A DNA stretch of 64,000 bases from Clostridiales bacterium (GCA_015055515.1 SVIC01000001.1:91327-155326); one strand, 5' to 3'; positions 1 through 9,470 are shown, counted from the first letter of the stretch. Program-made: numbers and translations. Notes: generated by a model from the sequence alone, not told the origin.

Positions 1-588
1 GCTGAGAACTTGAAGTTATGTGTGCTAGATATTGCGAAGATGGTATTAAGGCTATACAAACAATTTGCTGTATTCCCTCACACTACAAGATTGGTTGGCA
101 ATAACGGAGCTGTGGAACTGCTATATTGGAAGGGATCTAATCTGGCGACAGAAGATGTTGTGTTCGAGACCGATTATGAGTTAAATCAATCATTAGCGCA
201 GAAGCGTAGTTCGTTGATGGAGGCCTTGGGTGCAGGATTGTTGCATGATGAGGATGGCAAGTTAAGTAATAGCATGAGGCACAAGATACTATCTGAGCTT
301 GGTTTTGATATATGGGAGAATACTATGGATGAGGCAACACTGCAGAGTTACCAAGCTGAGAAGGAAAATGTGGGATTGATAATAGATGGCGAGTTGCCAG
401 AGCCTAGTGAGATAGATGATCATGATACGCATATTAAGGAGCATAGGTGCTTTATATTATCTAATGATTTTAAGATACAATTAAGAGAAAATCCAGACTT
501 GCAATCTAAGATGTTGGAGCACATAAGACAACATAAGAAATATATTAATGTCACTGCAATGGTGGAAGAAATTAATACTATAGAATAA
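1..588 (+). CDS. phage portal protein, C-terminal part (5' end outside window)
   Basis: The frame is open from base 1; the track ORF 10..588 starts at an internal TTG. The tail is acidic with a DDHDTHIKEH-type motif that resembles portal C-termini. It sits directly upstream of scaffold and capsid genes, the canonical portal-scaffold-capsid order. Confidence 0.55.
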   Translation, partial: AENLKLCVLDIAKMVLRLYKQFAVFPHTTRLVGNNGAVELLYWKGSNLATEDVVFETDYELNQSLAQKRSSLMEALGAGLLHDEDGKLSNSMRHKILSELGFDIWENTMDEATLQSYQAEKENVGLIIDGELPEPSEIDDHDTHIKEHRCFILSNDFKIQLRENPDLQSKMLEHIRQHKKYINVTAMVEEINTIE

Positions 589-601
589 TTAAGGAGTAAA
601 T

Positions 602-1240
602 ATGGAAGAAGTAATAACAGCCAAGGAACAACTAGATATGTCTTGTCCGGTTAATGTCGCGGAGGCGAGTGTAGATGGTAGTAATGACGAAGGACAATCT
701 GGCTCCTTGTATGGTAAATTCAAAGATGCCGATAGTTTGTTCAATGGTTATCTTGCGTTGGAGAAAGAGTTCACGAAGAAGAGTCAACAGTTGAGCGAAC
801 TGCAGAAAGATGTGGTCGATAATACTCCTAGAGTACCGATCTATCAATCAGAAAATTGGCAAAGCGAAATAGATACATATCTAAAAGATAAGAAGTATGC
901 TGATGATTTCGCTGTAGATATTGCAAGAACTATTATGGAAGATGAGAAGCTAGCGTGTATGCCCAATTGTCTAGACTTGGCGTACAATAAAGTTGTTGCA
1001 AATAGATACAAAAAAGAAAGTGATTTGGTACAAGATGATGACTTTTTGTCAAAATATATATACGATAATGACAAAATCAAGTCTAAAATTATATCAGATT
1101 ATATTAAAGAACTCAAATCCAACACTACTCCACCGATAATGATAAAATCTAAAGGTGATAGTGTTGGATTAATTTCTCCGACAAAACCAAGGAACATGAG
1201 TGAAGCAAAAGAGATAGTGGAGCGATTGTTCAATAGATAA
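602..1240 (+). CDS. phage scaffolding protein
   Basis: 212 aa, acidic and helical. The segment KFKDADSLFNGYLALEKEFTKKSQQLSELQ resembles the conserved helix of Firmicute phage scaffold proteins. It lies between portal and capsid, with an AAGGAG RBS upstream. Confidence 0.6.
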   Translation: MEEVITAKEQLDMSCPVNVAEASVDGSNDEGQSGSLYGKFKDADSLFNGYLALEKEFTKKSQQLSELQKDVVDNTPRVPIYQSENWQSEIDTYLKDKKYADDFAVDIARTIMEDEKLACMPNCLDLAYNKVVANRYKKESDLVQDDDFLSKYIYDNDKIKSKIISDYIKELKSNTTPPIMIKSKGDSVGLISPTKPRNMSEAKEIVERLFNR

Positions 1241-1258
1241 TTAAAGGAGTGATAAATA

Positions 1259-2434
1259 ATGGTTACATTACAGACAGCAGAAGATGCATTGAAGTCGGTA
1301 TATCTAGGTGTGGTATCTGATCAATTGAATATCAATGCAAATCCTTTGCTTAATAAGATTAAGCAGTCTACCGCAGATGTATGGGGCAAAGAAATAATTA
1401 AGCTTGCACCATATGGTATTAATGGTGGAATTGGTGCTGGTGGCGAGACTGATATGCTACCTGTGGCACAAGAAAATAAATATGTTAAATTCACAACAGG
1501 TCTAAAGAATCTGTTTGGTACAATTGAGATTTCTGATAAGGCTATGAGAGCTAGCCAGAACAATGCGGGAGCATTTGTTAATCTGTTAAATGCTGAGATG
1601 GAGGGACTAGTTAAGGCTAGTACTTTCAACATGGGCAGAATGCTATATGGGGATGGTAGTGGTATACTTGCTACTGTTGCATCTCATACAGCAAAGTCAG
1701 AAGTTGTTACAGTAGATAATGTAAAAAATCTAATCGAGGGAATGTATGTAGATTTCATCAATAGTACAACAGGCGAGAAGAGCGCTAATGGTGCAAGACG
1801 TATAGTATATGTAAATAGAGTTGGCAAGACAGTTACATTCGATAGCGCAATTGCCACTGCATTAACTACATCTCATGTATTAGTTGTTCAAGGTTCTTAT
1901 AATAATGAGATTACAGGTTTGGGTAGAATTTTCGATACTAATGCTACTACATTGTATGGTTTGACTAAGGCAAATTACCCTTGGTTAAATGCTACAACAA
2001 AGAATAGTGTGGGAAGTATTTCTGACACAGTTATTCAAAAGGCTATTGATGATATGGAGGAGTATGCTGGAAGCACTGTAGATTTCATTACTTGTTCTAG
2101 TGCGGTAAAGAGAGCATATCAGGCATATCTAGATACTTATAGAAGAAATATAGATGTAATGGATCTTGCAGGCGGATACAAGGCTATTTCTTATGCTGGT
2201 ATTCCGGTTGTGTCTGATAGATTTATTGCAGATGATGAGATGTATCTACTTAATACAAAAGAGTTTACATTGCATCAACTATGTGATTGGCAATGGTTAG
2301 AAGGTGAAGATGGCAGAATTATCAAGCAAAAGCAAGGATACCCTGTGTATACTGCAACATTAGTTAAGTATGCTGATCTTATCTGCGACAAACCAAATGG
2401 TCAAGCAAAATTATCTGGTATTTCTATAAATTAA
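1259..2434 (+). CDS. phage major capsid protein (HK97-fold type)
   Basis: 391 aa located immediately after the scaffold gene, with an AAAGGAG RBS. The N-terminal ALKSVYLGVVSDQLN...NPLLNKI pattern and the size are typical of scaffold-dependent major capsid proteins. A strong hairpin follows the gene. Confidence 0.7.
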   Translation: MVTLQTAEDALKSVYLGVVSDQLNINANPLLNKIKQSTADVWGKEIIKLAPYGINGGIGAGGETDMLPVAQENKYVKFTTGLKNLFGTIEISDKAMRASQNNAGAFVNLLNAEMEGLVKASTFNMGRMLYGDGSGILATVASHTAKSEVVTVDNVKNLIEGMYVDFINSTTGEKSANGARRIVYVNRVGKTVTFDSAIATALTTSHVLVVQGSYNNEITGLGRIFDTNATTLYGLTKANYPWLNATTKNSVGSISDTVIQKAIDDMEEYAGSTVDFITCSSAVKRAYQAYLDTYRRNIDVMDLAGGYKAISYAGIPVVSDRFIADDEMYLLNTKEFTLHQLCDWQWLEGEDGRIIKQKQGYPVYTATLVKYADLICDKPNGQAKLSGISIN

Positions 2435-2449
2435 TAAAATTAATGAATA

Positions 2450-2470
2450 GGCTACGAAGACTTCGTAGCC
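2450..2470 (+). terminator. stem-loop after capsid gene (attenuator or mRNA-stabilising hairpin)
   Basis: Perfect inverted repeat GGCTACGAAG / CTTCGTAGCC about 13 nt after the capsid stop. The U-tract is weak, so this is probably only a partial terminator. Confidence 0.35.
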
Positions 2471-2492
2471 TATCTCTATATTAGGAGGGTGC

Positions 2493-2870
2493 ATGTACAA
2501 GATTGTAAAAAAAGATATGTTCAATATATCAAGAAGAATTAAACATATAGATAAGAGTTATTACATCGTATTTAACAACAAGTTAAATAGATGGGAAGTT
2601 CATTCTACTAGTCAAGTCGACAGGTTTTGCTTGGTATCTCCATATAAATCTTTGGATACAAGACTATTAGATTATGTGTATAGAACTAGTCTTGTGCATA
2701 ATCCTCATTTGTTAAAAGATATTGAAGAGTATAATGAGAAGATTGATATAGATGTAAATAATAAGAGGTCTGATTATATAACATCGAACTTGAGTGATGT
2801 GTATCAAGTATTAAGTGGTAGTTCGAAGTCGTATAATTGGAAGGAAATGATGAAGACAAAGTGGTTGTAG
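2493..2870 (+). CDS. hypothetical phage protein
   Basis: 125-aa ORF co-oriented in the late operon, with a GGAGGG RBS just upstream. I recognise no motif. Confidence 0.4.
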   Translation: MYKIVKKDMFNISRRIKHIDKSYYIVFNNKLNRWEVHSTSQVDRFCLVSPYKSLDTRLLDYVYRTSLVHNPHLLKDIEEYNEKIDIDVNNKRSDYITSNLSDVYQVLSGSSKSYNWKEMMKTKWL

Positions 2871-2879
2871 AGGAGAGAG

Positions 2880-3443
2880 ATGGAAGTAAATAAGATATTG
2901 AAATTAAGTGCAACAATGTTGCAAATGAAAGATGTAGAAGAAGTTTTTAGATATAATGAAACAATAGAGGAATTTCAGAATGATGACTTGGAATTGTTGG
3001 TTAGTTGTGTTAATTTGGTTTGTAGTGCTATTGCTACCGATTATATTCCGCTAACGAGAACTAAGGTTGTAGATAACAACAAGGGCGTTGTGTCTTTTGC
3101 AGAAATAACCGATAGGCAGATATACAAAGTATTAAAGGTTCTGGATAATTATGGACAAAAGATGCCATTCAAAATAACAAGTGAAGGCATTGAGTGTGGT
3201 AAGGGAAATGTAGAGATAATATTCTCTTGTTTTCCAAAAGACTACTCTTATAATGATGTAATAGATGATTTCTATGCGGATTTGACAGAGAGGGTTGTTG
3301 CTATGGGCGTTGTTAGTGAATACCTATACATACGTGGCAATAGCGATGATGCTAGTATATGGGAGTCAAGGTTCAAGACTGCAATGAGAAATATAGTAAG
3401 ACCAAGAAAAGAGGTTGTGCTACATAAGCGAAGGTGGTGGTAG
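2880..3443 (+). CDS. hypothetical phage structural protein (possible head completion/adaptor by position)
   Basis: 187-aa ORF with a GGAGAGAG RBS. It is tightly packed with its neighbours, and position is the only evidence for function. Confidence 0.35.
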   Translation: MEVNKILKLSATMLQMKDVEEVFRYNETIEEFQNDDLELLVSCVNLVCSAIATDYIPLTRTKVVDNNKGVVSFAEITDRQIYKVLKVLDNYGQKMPFKITSEGIECGKGNVEIIFSCFPKDYSYNDVIDDFYADLTERVVAMGVVSEYLYIRGNSDDASIWESRFKTAMRNIVRPRKEVVLHKRRWW

Positions 3444-3445
3444 CA

Positions 3446-4933
3446 ATGTATTATGATGATAAAACGAAAAAGAAAAGCGTTAGTTACAGAATGTATAATT
3501 ATGCTTCATTTGCTAACGGTATTAATACCGACTATGATGAGAAATTGTTGCCTGTAAAATATGCTACATCTACATATAATTACTGCTATCAGAATGGAGC
3601 CCTTAAGACAGGGCTTGGTATAGAAGATTTGAGATTGTCTTATAGCTTTGATGATAGGGCTTTGACAAAGAAAATTGAATTGCCTGCTGGTGTAGAGGCT
3701 TTGGCTACATACACTTTTACTTGTTATGACAGTACATATGGTGTTCCGTTTGATATGTTGATGGTGTATGGATCGGACAAGGGAATGTATGCATATACCA
3801 TATATACAAGTGTGGCAAATGTTGTTAAGTTGGAAGTTTCATTTAGTTCTATTCCAATGGTGGCAAACTATCATCTGGATGGTAAGGATTGTTTGATTAT
3901 GGCGACAGAAGAGGATGGTATGTATATATGGGATGGATTGTCTAGCGCAAAGAAGGTGGATGATGCTCCTAATATAACAAGTATGTGTATACATTATGAG
4001 CGAATGTTTGCAACGTCTGGAGGGGATTGTAGAACAATATACTTTAGTGATGATTTGGATCCAACTAATTGGTCATATAGTTTGACAGAGGGTGGCTTTA
4101 TCAATCTTATGGATGAAAGAGGTATGTCGGAAAAAATTGTTAGTTTCAATGATTCGCTGTATATCTTCAGAGAGTATGGCATAGACAGATTAGTTGCATA
4201 TGCAGATCAAAATGATTTTCAGATAATACCACTATTTACATCCTCTAATAGAATTTATACCGATACCATTAAGGTGTGTGGTGATAGAATTATGTTCCTT
4301 GCGAGTGATGGTATATATTATTTCTCTGGATTGAGTACACAGAAATATAATCTTAATATCAATTCGCTTTTTGAGAAAAAGTATAATGATAATGCAAAGG
4401 CGAGTTATTACAATGGTAAATATTATTTGGCTTGTAGGTTGGATATGGATGATGATCTAGTTGGTTGTGAACTGGGTGAATATACTAATAATATTTTGCT
4501 AGAGTTAGACATAAAGTCCGGTTATCTAAATATACTTAGGGGCTATGATATAGTCAATGTGCAGACGGTTAATACCAAGATAGAGAGTAAGCTTGTTGTA
4601 TGTGTAAGACATGATGGTCATTATCGATTAGGTCAGGTATCCAAATGTGGAAATGTGTTCGGTGTTGCTACAACAAAAGTATGGAAATCTCCTATGTCAT
4701 CATTTGGTTATTCAATGAGATACAAGTTGTTAAAAAGCATCACTCTGTCATCGATAAACAATGTAGAAATTTGTGTAAGAACTGAAGATGTGGTTAGAAA
4801 ATATTCTATACCAGCGGGGGCAGTTCATACCATTATTCCGAACTTGAAGGCTAAAGAATTTGCAATTGATTTTGTGTCCAATGATATAGATGTAAATATC
4901 TCCAATCCGCAAGTCGAGGTGGCTATATTATGA
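3446..4933 (+). CDS. hypothetical phage structural protein, 495 aa
   Basis: The track ORF starts at 3434 (GTG). ATG 3446 is preferred because it lies 5 nt after AAGGTGGTGG and just after the upstream stop. Repeated DG-aromatic motifs (GMYIWDG, SDGIYYFSG) suggest a beta-rich fold. Function is unknown. Confidence 0.4.
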   Translation: MYYDDKTKKKSVSYRMYNYASFANGINTDYDEKLLPVKYATSTYNYCYQNGALKTGLGIEDLRLSYSFDDRALTKKIELPAGVEALATYTFTCYDSTYGVPFDMLMVYGSDKGMYAYTIYTSVANVVKLEVSFSSIPMVANYHLDGKDCLIMATEEDGMYIWDGLSSAKKVDDAPNITSMCIHYERMFATSGGDCRTIYFSDDLDPTNWSYSLTEGGFINLMDERGMSEKIVSFNDSLYIFREYGIDRLVAYADQNDFQIIPLFTSSNRIYTDTIKVCGDRIMFLASDGIYYFSGLSTQKYNLNINSLFEKKYNDNAKASYYNGKYYLACRLDMDDDLVGCELGEYTNNILLELDIKSGYLNILRGYDIVNVQTVNTKIESKLVVCVRHDGHYRLGQVSKCGNVFGVATTKVWKSPMSSFGYSMRYKLLKSITLSSINNVEICVRTEDVVRKYSIPAGAVHTIIPNLKAKEFAIDFVSNDIDVNISNPQVEVAIL

Positions 4934-6105
4934 AGTACATTGTAGGGGATAATCATGCAAAGAAAGCTTATTTAGAATTGCAAGATTTTAAGAAGTTGCA
5001 ATATGATAATATCAATAAAAATGTTGAAAATGATGATAATATAACAAGATGTAGAATATTTGAAAATTCCAGAAGTGTAAGTAGGTTGACTACTGTTAAT
5101 GGTATTAATAGTAGAAATTATGTCAAAATATATAATGTTTCTGACAATAAATACAACTATTGCAATATCAAGGTGTTGTGTAATGATATAATGATATACA
5201 ATGGTGTGTATGTTAATAGCTTGATTGTACCTATACATGTAATTGGAGAAGTAGTTATAAAAATTGAGTTGAATTCAGATAGCGAAATCTTATATGACTT
5301 GATGGTTGACTTCGTTGGTTTTTCTAATAATAATTCAGAGGATGTTATTGTCTCCGAAATTGATGAAAAAGTATATTGCGTATATAGAGGTATAGGTGAT
5401 ACTTTAGTATTTGTGTACAATTCGTATTCTGATTTTTTATCAAAAAATTATAGCAATTATTACAACATTCCTATGTTGTTACTTGATGCTAAATCTATCA
5501 TAGATACTAATTTGTTTGTTGGCAAAACTCATGTAGTATTAGGATTAAATGCTAGTGGTGATGTAGTGTATGTTAATAGTTCAGATAATTATCAGAGTAG
5601 TACAATTGTGACATCTAACAATGTCAAGTGTGCGGTGCTATCTAATAATAGAAATGTGTTAGGTGTATTCTATATTAATAGCAATAATTCACTAATATAT
5701 TATCGCTTGTCCAGTGGTGTGTGGTCGACAATGCACATAACTTGGGCTGTGGGAAAAAATCCTATTCTTAGATCCTGTCAGAAGTGCGGTGATATGGTCT
5801 ATGATGAGATAATTGCAGTGTCGGGCAATAGCGGACAAAGATATATATTGATGATGGATGTAGTACACACAAATACTAGGATGTATTCTCTATTGTTAGG
5901 TAAGGTTGATAATATACAATTATATATAGTTGATAACCAATGTTATTGTTGTGTCTCGAACGAAAGTGCAACTACTAAGAAATCTATGAATGTTACATCT
6001 TCGTCTATAGTGCTAACTGATATGCATGTTTATTCTCCATGTAGTGGGGCAGTAATCCTAAGCCACGGGCAATTATTGGAAAATAATGGATGTTTTACAG
6101 GGTAG
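4930..6105 (+). CDS. hypothetical phage structural protein, 391 aa, Asn-rich
   Basis: Its ATGA start/stop overlaps the previous ORF, which suggests translational coupling. It is very N/S/V-rich and may be a receptor-binding or tail protein, but I recognise no motif. Confidence 0.35.
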   Translation: MKYIVGDNHAKKAYLELQDFKKLQYDNINKNVENDDNITRCRIFENSRSVSRLTTVNGINSRNYVKIYNVSDNKYNYCNIKVLCNDIMIYNGVYVNSLIVPIHVIGEVVIKIELNSDSEILYDLMVDFVGFSNNNSEDVIVSEIDEKVYCVYRGIGDTLVFVYNSYSDFLSKNYSNYYNIPMLLLDAKSIIDTNLFVGKTHVVLGLNASGDVVYVNSSDNYQSSTIVTSNNVKCAVLSNNRNVLGVFYINSNNSLIYYRLSSGVWSTMHITWAVGKNPILRSCQKCGDMVYDEIIAVSGNSGQRYILMMDVVHTNTRMYSLLLGKVDNIQLYIVDNQCYCCVSNESATTKKSMNVTSSSIVLTDMHVYSPCSGAVILSHGQLLENNGCFTG

Positions 6106-6192
6106 ATTTATGTTATCAAAAGACGATATATATGGCATAGTTCGTAAATATTTTCTCACAAAATATTTTTCCAAAGAAAGGAGGTGTGCGAC

Positions 6193-7131
6193 ATGTACAA
6201 ATACAGAGTTGATGATGAGACCACGAAAAAAGCACTTGCAGTAGCAAGTGGTGGATCTACATCTAAGGTAGAAGACTTAATAAAAGATCTGGCTAGTTAT
6301 GATAAACTGTATGATTATAATTCTACTATTCCAATGGATAGGGTAGAGTATGACAGAATGGAAAATGTTGTAATAGACCAAGATGCGATAGCAGAAGATG
6401 CAAAGCTTGAGCTTAAAGATTATAAGGACAATACTATTGCGAAGATCAATAGCGATATTGAGGCAAAAATACTAGACCAGGAAAGCAAGAAGCAAAAGGC
6501 TGAGGATACATATAATATGTCTAAGGCTAATGCTAAGGAGTATTATGAAAAGGTAAGAGAAGATGCTAGCCAAGATGCATTAAGGAGGGGTCTTAGTAGA
6601 AGTAGTATAATTATAAATAAGTTAGATGCTTTTGATAAGGCAGAGCTAGACAGATACAATGCACTAAATGATGAGTTGAATGCAAGTATAAATGAGATAG
6701 ATAATAGCATTTCTTCTTTGAAATCTCAGCAAACAGATGCTTTGCGTAATTTTGATATTGAATATGCTGTTAAATTGCAGGACAAGATAAATAGCAAAAT
6801 AGAAGAATTGGAAAAGAAGCAAGAAGAGGTTATAAAATACAACAACGAAATTGCTGAAAAAGAAAATGAGTATAATACAAAATATGCACAATTGTTGGAG
6901 GATTTGCAACAATCCAATTGGGACAAAGAGAAAGAATTGATGGAGTATGCAGGAAAATACGGTGTAAATATGTTGTCTAATTATAAGGCGACGCAAAAAT
7001 ACAATATTGCCGAGAAGTATCTAGATAATATAAGTAGTGCAGATGCAGTACATCTATTAAAAAATAATGCTGAATTAAGAGAACTTTTGGGTAATTCGAA
7101 TATTGATAAATTATTAAAGAAATATTCATAA
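6193..7131 (+). CDS. coiled-coil phage protein
   Basis: ATG 6193 lies 8 nt after AAAGGAGG (the track start GTG 6184 falls inside the RBS). Long heptad-like K/E/N-rich stretches are present. There is no catalytic motif. Confidence 0.4.
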   Translation: MYKYRVDDETTKKALAVASGGSTSKVEDLIKDLASYDKLYDYNSTIPMDRVEYDRMENVVIDQDAIAEDAKLELKDYKDNTIAKINSDIEAKILDQESKKQKAEDTYNMSKANAKEYYEKVREDASQDALRRGLSRSSIIINKLDAFDKAELDRYNALNDELNASINEIDNSISSLKSQQTDALRNFDIEYAVKLQDKINSKIEELEKKQEEVIKYNNEIAEKENEYNTKYAQLLEDLQQSNWDKEKELMEYAGKYGVNMLSNYKATQKYNIAEKYLDNISSADAVHLLKNNAELRELLGNSNIDKLLKKYS

Positions 7132-7133
7132 TT

Positions 7134-7397
7134 ATGTGGCAAGAGATATTTAATTTGGCAGTGAATAATGGCTTGTGGGCGGTGCTATTCTTAGTACTAC
7201 TGTGTTATGTGTTAAAGGATAGTAGGGCAAGAGAGAAAAAGTATCAGGAAACTATAGACAAATTGGGTACATCTATTGCAACTGTGGAAGAAATAAAAGA
7301 AGATGTACAGGAAATAAAAGGTATTATATATACCCAGCACAAAAAAACAGATAAGAAAAAAAGTGTTCAGGAGGGTAGCGATGAAAAAGTACAGTAG
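7134..7397 (+). CDS. BhlA/UviB-family holin-like protein
   Basis: 87 aa with a single N-terminal TM followed by a charged coiled tail. AVLFLVLLCYVLKDSRAREKKYQETIDKL...IKEDVQEIK closely parallels the UviB/BhlA signature (LLFYVLKENSKREDKYQ...IKEDVEDIK). Confidence 0.7.
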   Translation: MWQEIFNLAVNNGLWAVLFLVLLCYVLKDSRAREKKYQETIDKLGTSIATVEEIKEDVQEIKGIIYTQHKKTDKKKSVQEGSDEKVQ

Positions 7398-7620
7398 TTA
7401 TGCCTTTTGGGTAGGACTAGCAAGTGCTATAGTTATATTTCTAGAAGATATAGAGGCATTGCTAGGAATAGATATCAATACAAAACTAATAGAGAGTCTA
7501 ATATTATCGTTCTGCGGAATATTAATTGTTCTGGGAATAGTTGTGAAAGATAAGAAAGTAGACTCTGTCTCTAAGACTAATGATACCGATGATAATAACA
7601 TAGAAGATGAAGGTGAGTGA
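7381..7620 (+). CDS. two-TM holin-like small membrane protein
   Basis: ATG 7381 lies 6 nt after AGGAGGG and overlaps the end of the previous gene. There are two hydrophobic helices separated by LGIDINTKLIE, then an acidic tail. This topology resembles phi-LC3/SPP1-type holins. Confidence 0.5.
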   Translation: MKKYSSYAFWVGLASAIVIFLEDIEALLGIDINTKLIESLILSFCGILIVLGIVVKDKKVDSVSKTNDTDDNNIEDEGE

Positions 7621-7629
7621 TAAAAGATG

Positions 7630-7660
7630 GCGAAATTGTTATGCAATTTCGCTGTTTTTT
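7630..7660 (+). terminator. rho-independent terminator ending the phage late operon
   Basis: GCGAAATTG-loop-CAATTTCGC followed by TGTTTTTT. Confidence 0.75.
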
Positions 7661-7723
7661 GTTTGACATTTTCTATATATCTATCTAAACTACTAATGAA
7701 TATTAGTAAGGAGCGTATTTGTT

Positions 7724-8674
7724 ATGATGTACAAGAATTCCTTTAAGTTAATATTTTCTAATTTTAATTTGGTATGGAAGTTGTTATTATTTTTCTTAAT
7801 AATAATGGGTGTAATGGGTTATATAGGATATATTGCTTGTGGATCAATATTCGAGACTATTGGTATTAGTGATATGTTAAGAGAGTTGTATGATAGTTTT
7901 AATTCTTTTGTGCAGTCCTTTGATGCATCCACATTCTTAGTTACGGTCGAGAATATTGCGACAGCAACGATGGATCTTGTGGTAAATAATATTGCAAGCA
8001 TTTGGTATTATCTACTACTACTTGCATTAGTAATAGTTATAATTCCTGCTATGGTTAACAACTTCTATTTACTATCTACTTGTAATGTGTTGCATCATTA
8101 TATGGGTAGTAACTGTAAGTTCGGATTTACAGCCAGTCTATTTGTGAATTTCTGGAAGAATGTTAGATATCAATTAATGTGTCTAATAACTATCTTGCCT
8201 TTGAAGATATTTACTTATATGGTTGTAATAAAATCTTTCGCACTATTGGGTAGTCCAGAATTGATTGTTAAGATATTATCACCATTTATAATTGCTAGCA
8301 TATATGTATTGCTTACATCTCTTAGGGTGACATTATTTAGCGGTTGGGTACCATATATGGTGGTAAAAAATGCAGGTGTTCTGTCGGGACTAGTAAATGG
8401 ATTTAAGTGTATAAGAAAGAGATTTGTTAGAATATTCTCTGCAAGCATTGGTGTAGTATTGACTATATTTATAATTAGTGTACTGGGGCTATTTACATTC
8501 GGCGTATCGCTTATAATTACTGCGCCTGCAGCATTTCTATTCATTGCTACATTTAATATGGTTAGCTTCTATTCTTCTACTGGACTTAGATTCTATGTGG
8601 ATTCTACTAGTGTATATGCGCCTAAGAAGACAGAAATGGTAGAAAGTTATAAAATATATAAAAATGTAATATAA
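7724..8674 (+). CDS. polytopic membrane protein, unknown function
   Basis: 316 aa with about 7 hydrophobic segments. It has an AAGGAG RBS and its own terminator. Confidence 0.5.
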   Translation: MMYKNSFKLIFSNFNLVWKLLLFFLIIMGVMGYIGYIACGSIFETIGISDMLRELYDSFNSFVQSFDASTFLVTVENIATATMDLVVNNIASIWYYLLLLALVIVIIPAMVNNFYLLSTCNVLHHYMGSNCKFGFTASLFVNFWKNVRYQLMCLITILPLKIFTYMVVIKSFALLGSPELIVKILSPFIIASIYVLLTSLRVTLFSGWVPYMVVKNAGVLSGLVNGFKCIRKRFVRIFSASIGVVLTIFIISVLGLFTFGVSLIITAPAAFLFIATFNMVSFYSSTGLRFYVDSTSVYAPKKTEMVESYKIYKNVI

Positions 8675-8677
8675 AAG

Positions 8678-8700
8678 TGGCTTAACAAAGCCATTTTTTT
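8678..8700 (+). terminator. rho-independent terminator
   Basis: TGGCTT-AACA-AAGCCA followed by a T7 run. Confidence 0.7.
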
Positions 8701-8741
8701 ATTTCTGATTAAATTTTTAGAGTTTTTTTGAAAAAAGGGTA

Positions 8742-8770
8742 TTGACAAAAATTATCTTTGAAGTTATAAT
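8742..8770 (+). promoter_or_regulatory. consensus sigma-A-type promoter
   Basis: TTGACA (8742-8747), a 17-nt spacer, then TATAAT (8765-8770). Confidence 0.6.
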
Positions 8771-8776
8771 AAGGGT

Positions 8777-8875
8777 GCATTTTAATTGATTTAAAATGTT
8801 TTTCCATTTTTCATTCTACCTATATATTTAGGTAAACAAAGGGACAGATCGCCTATTCTTCCCTTTGTTTTTTTG
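8777..8875 (+). ncRNA. candidate small RNA or 5' leader (unclassified)
   Basis: This roughly 100-nt unit starts after the consensus promoter. It contains hairpins CATTTTAA/TTAAAATG and TACCTA/TAGGTA and ends in the terminator ACAAAGGGA...TCCCTTTGT plus a T7 run (8836-8875). It has no ORF with an RBS. Confidence 0.25.
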
Positions 8876-8999
8876 TTATTTATTGCTAATTGTTAGCGTT
8901 TATTATAAAAATGTGTTAACATACTTGAGATATTTTATTAAATAATACTAGTTGTATCTACTATATGTTATTTGGATATAATATGTATGAGGAAAAGTA

Positions 9000-9470
9000 A
9001 TGAAAGAAAGTTTTAAGAATTCAAAAGAATATTCTATTGCAAAAGATATATGGTCACTATTTATTACTATGGCAGTGTTTTCCTATTTATTTATAGGTTT
9101 CGTGGCAGATATGTGGCATCCTACTTGGATAATATTTGTTGTAGCAATAGTGTTGGCAATAATTTGCTTTGTGATAAATAAGGTACGATTTGCAAAGAAT
9201 AAGAGAGAGTATTTGATGGCATTTGATAAGCAATTCGAAAGTACACATATCTACGCTAAATGTGTAAAAGTATCGGGTTGGTTATTCATGTTAAGTATTG
9301 CAGGATATATAATATCTGCATCTTTTACGGGTTTGTGGCACCCTTTGTGGCTGATATTTATTGGTATGGCAGTAGTAGAGCAATCTATGGCATTGGTGTT
9401 TAAGATGTCGTATAAAGATATATGCAAAAATGTAGATGTAGAAAGAGTCATTAATGTTGAAGAGAAATAA
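9000..9470 (+). CDS. small membrane protein (4 TM), unknown function
   Basis: 156 aa. It contains an internal duplication of a 'W/MWHPxWIIF' two-helix module (DMWHPTWIIFVVAIVLAI and GLWHPLWLIFIGMAVV). Confidence 0.5.
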   Translation: MKESFKNSKEYSIAKDIWSLFITMAVFSYLFIGFVADMWHPTWIIFVVAIVLAIICFVINKVRFAKNKREYLMAFDKQFESTHIYAKCVKVSGWLFMLSIAGYIISASFTGLWHPLWLIFIGMAVVEQSMALVFKMSYKDICKNVDVERVINVEEK

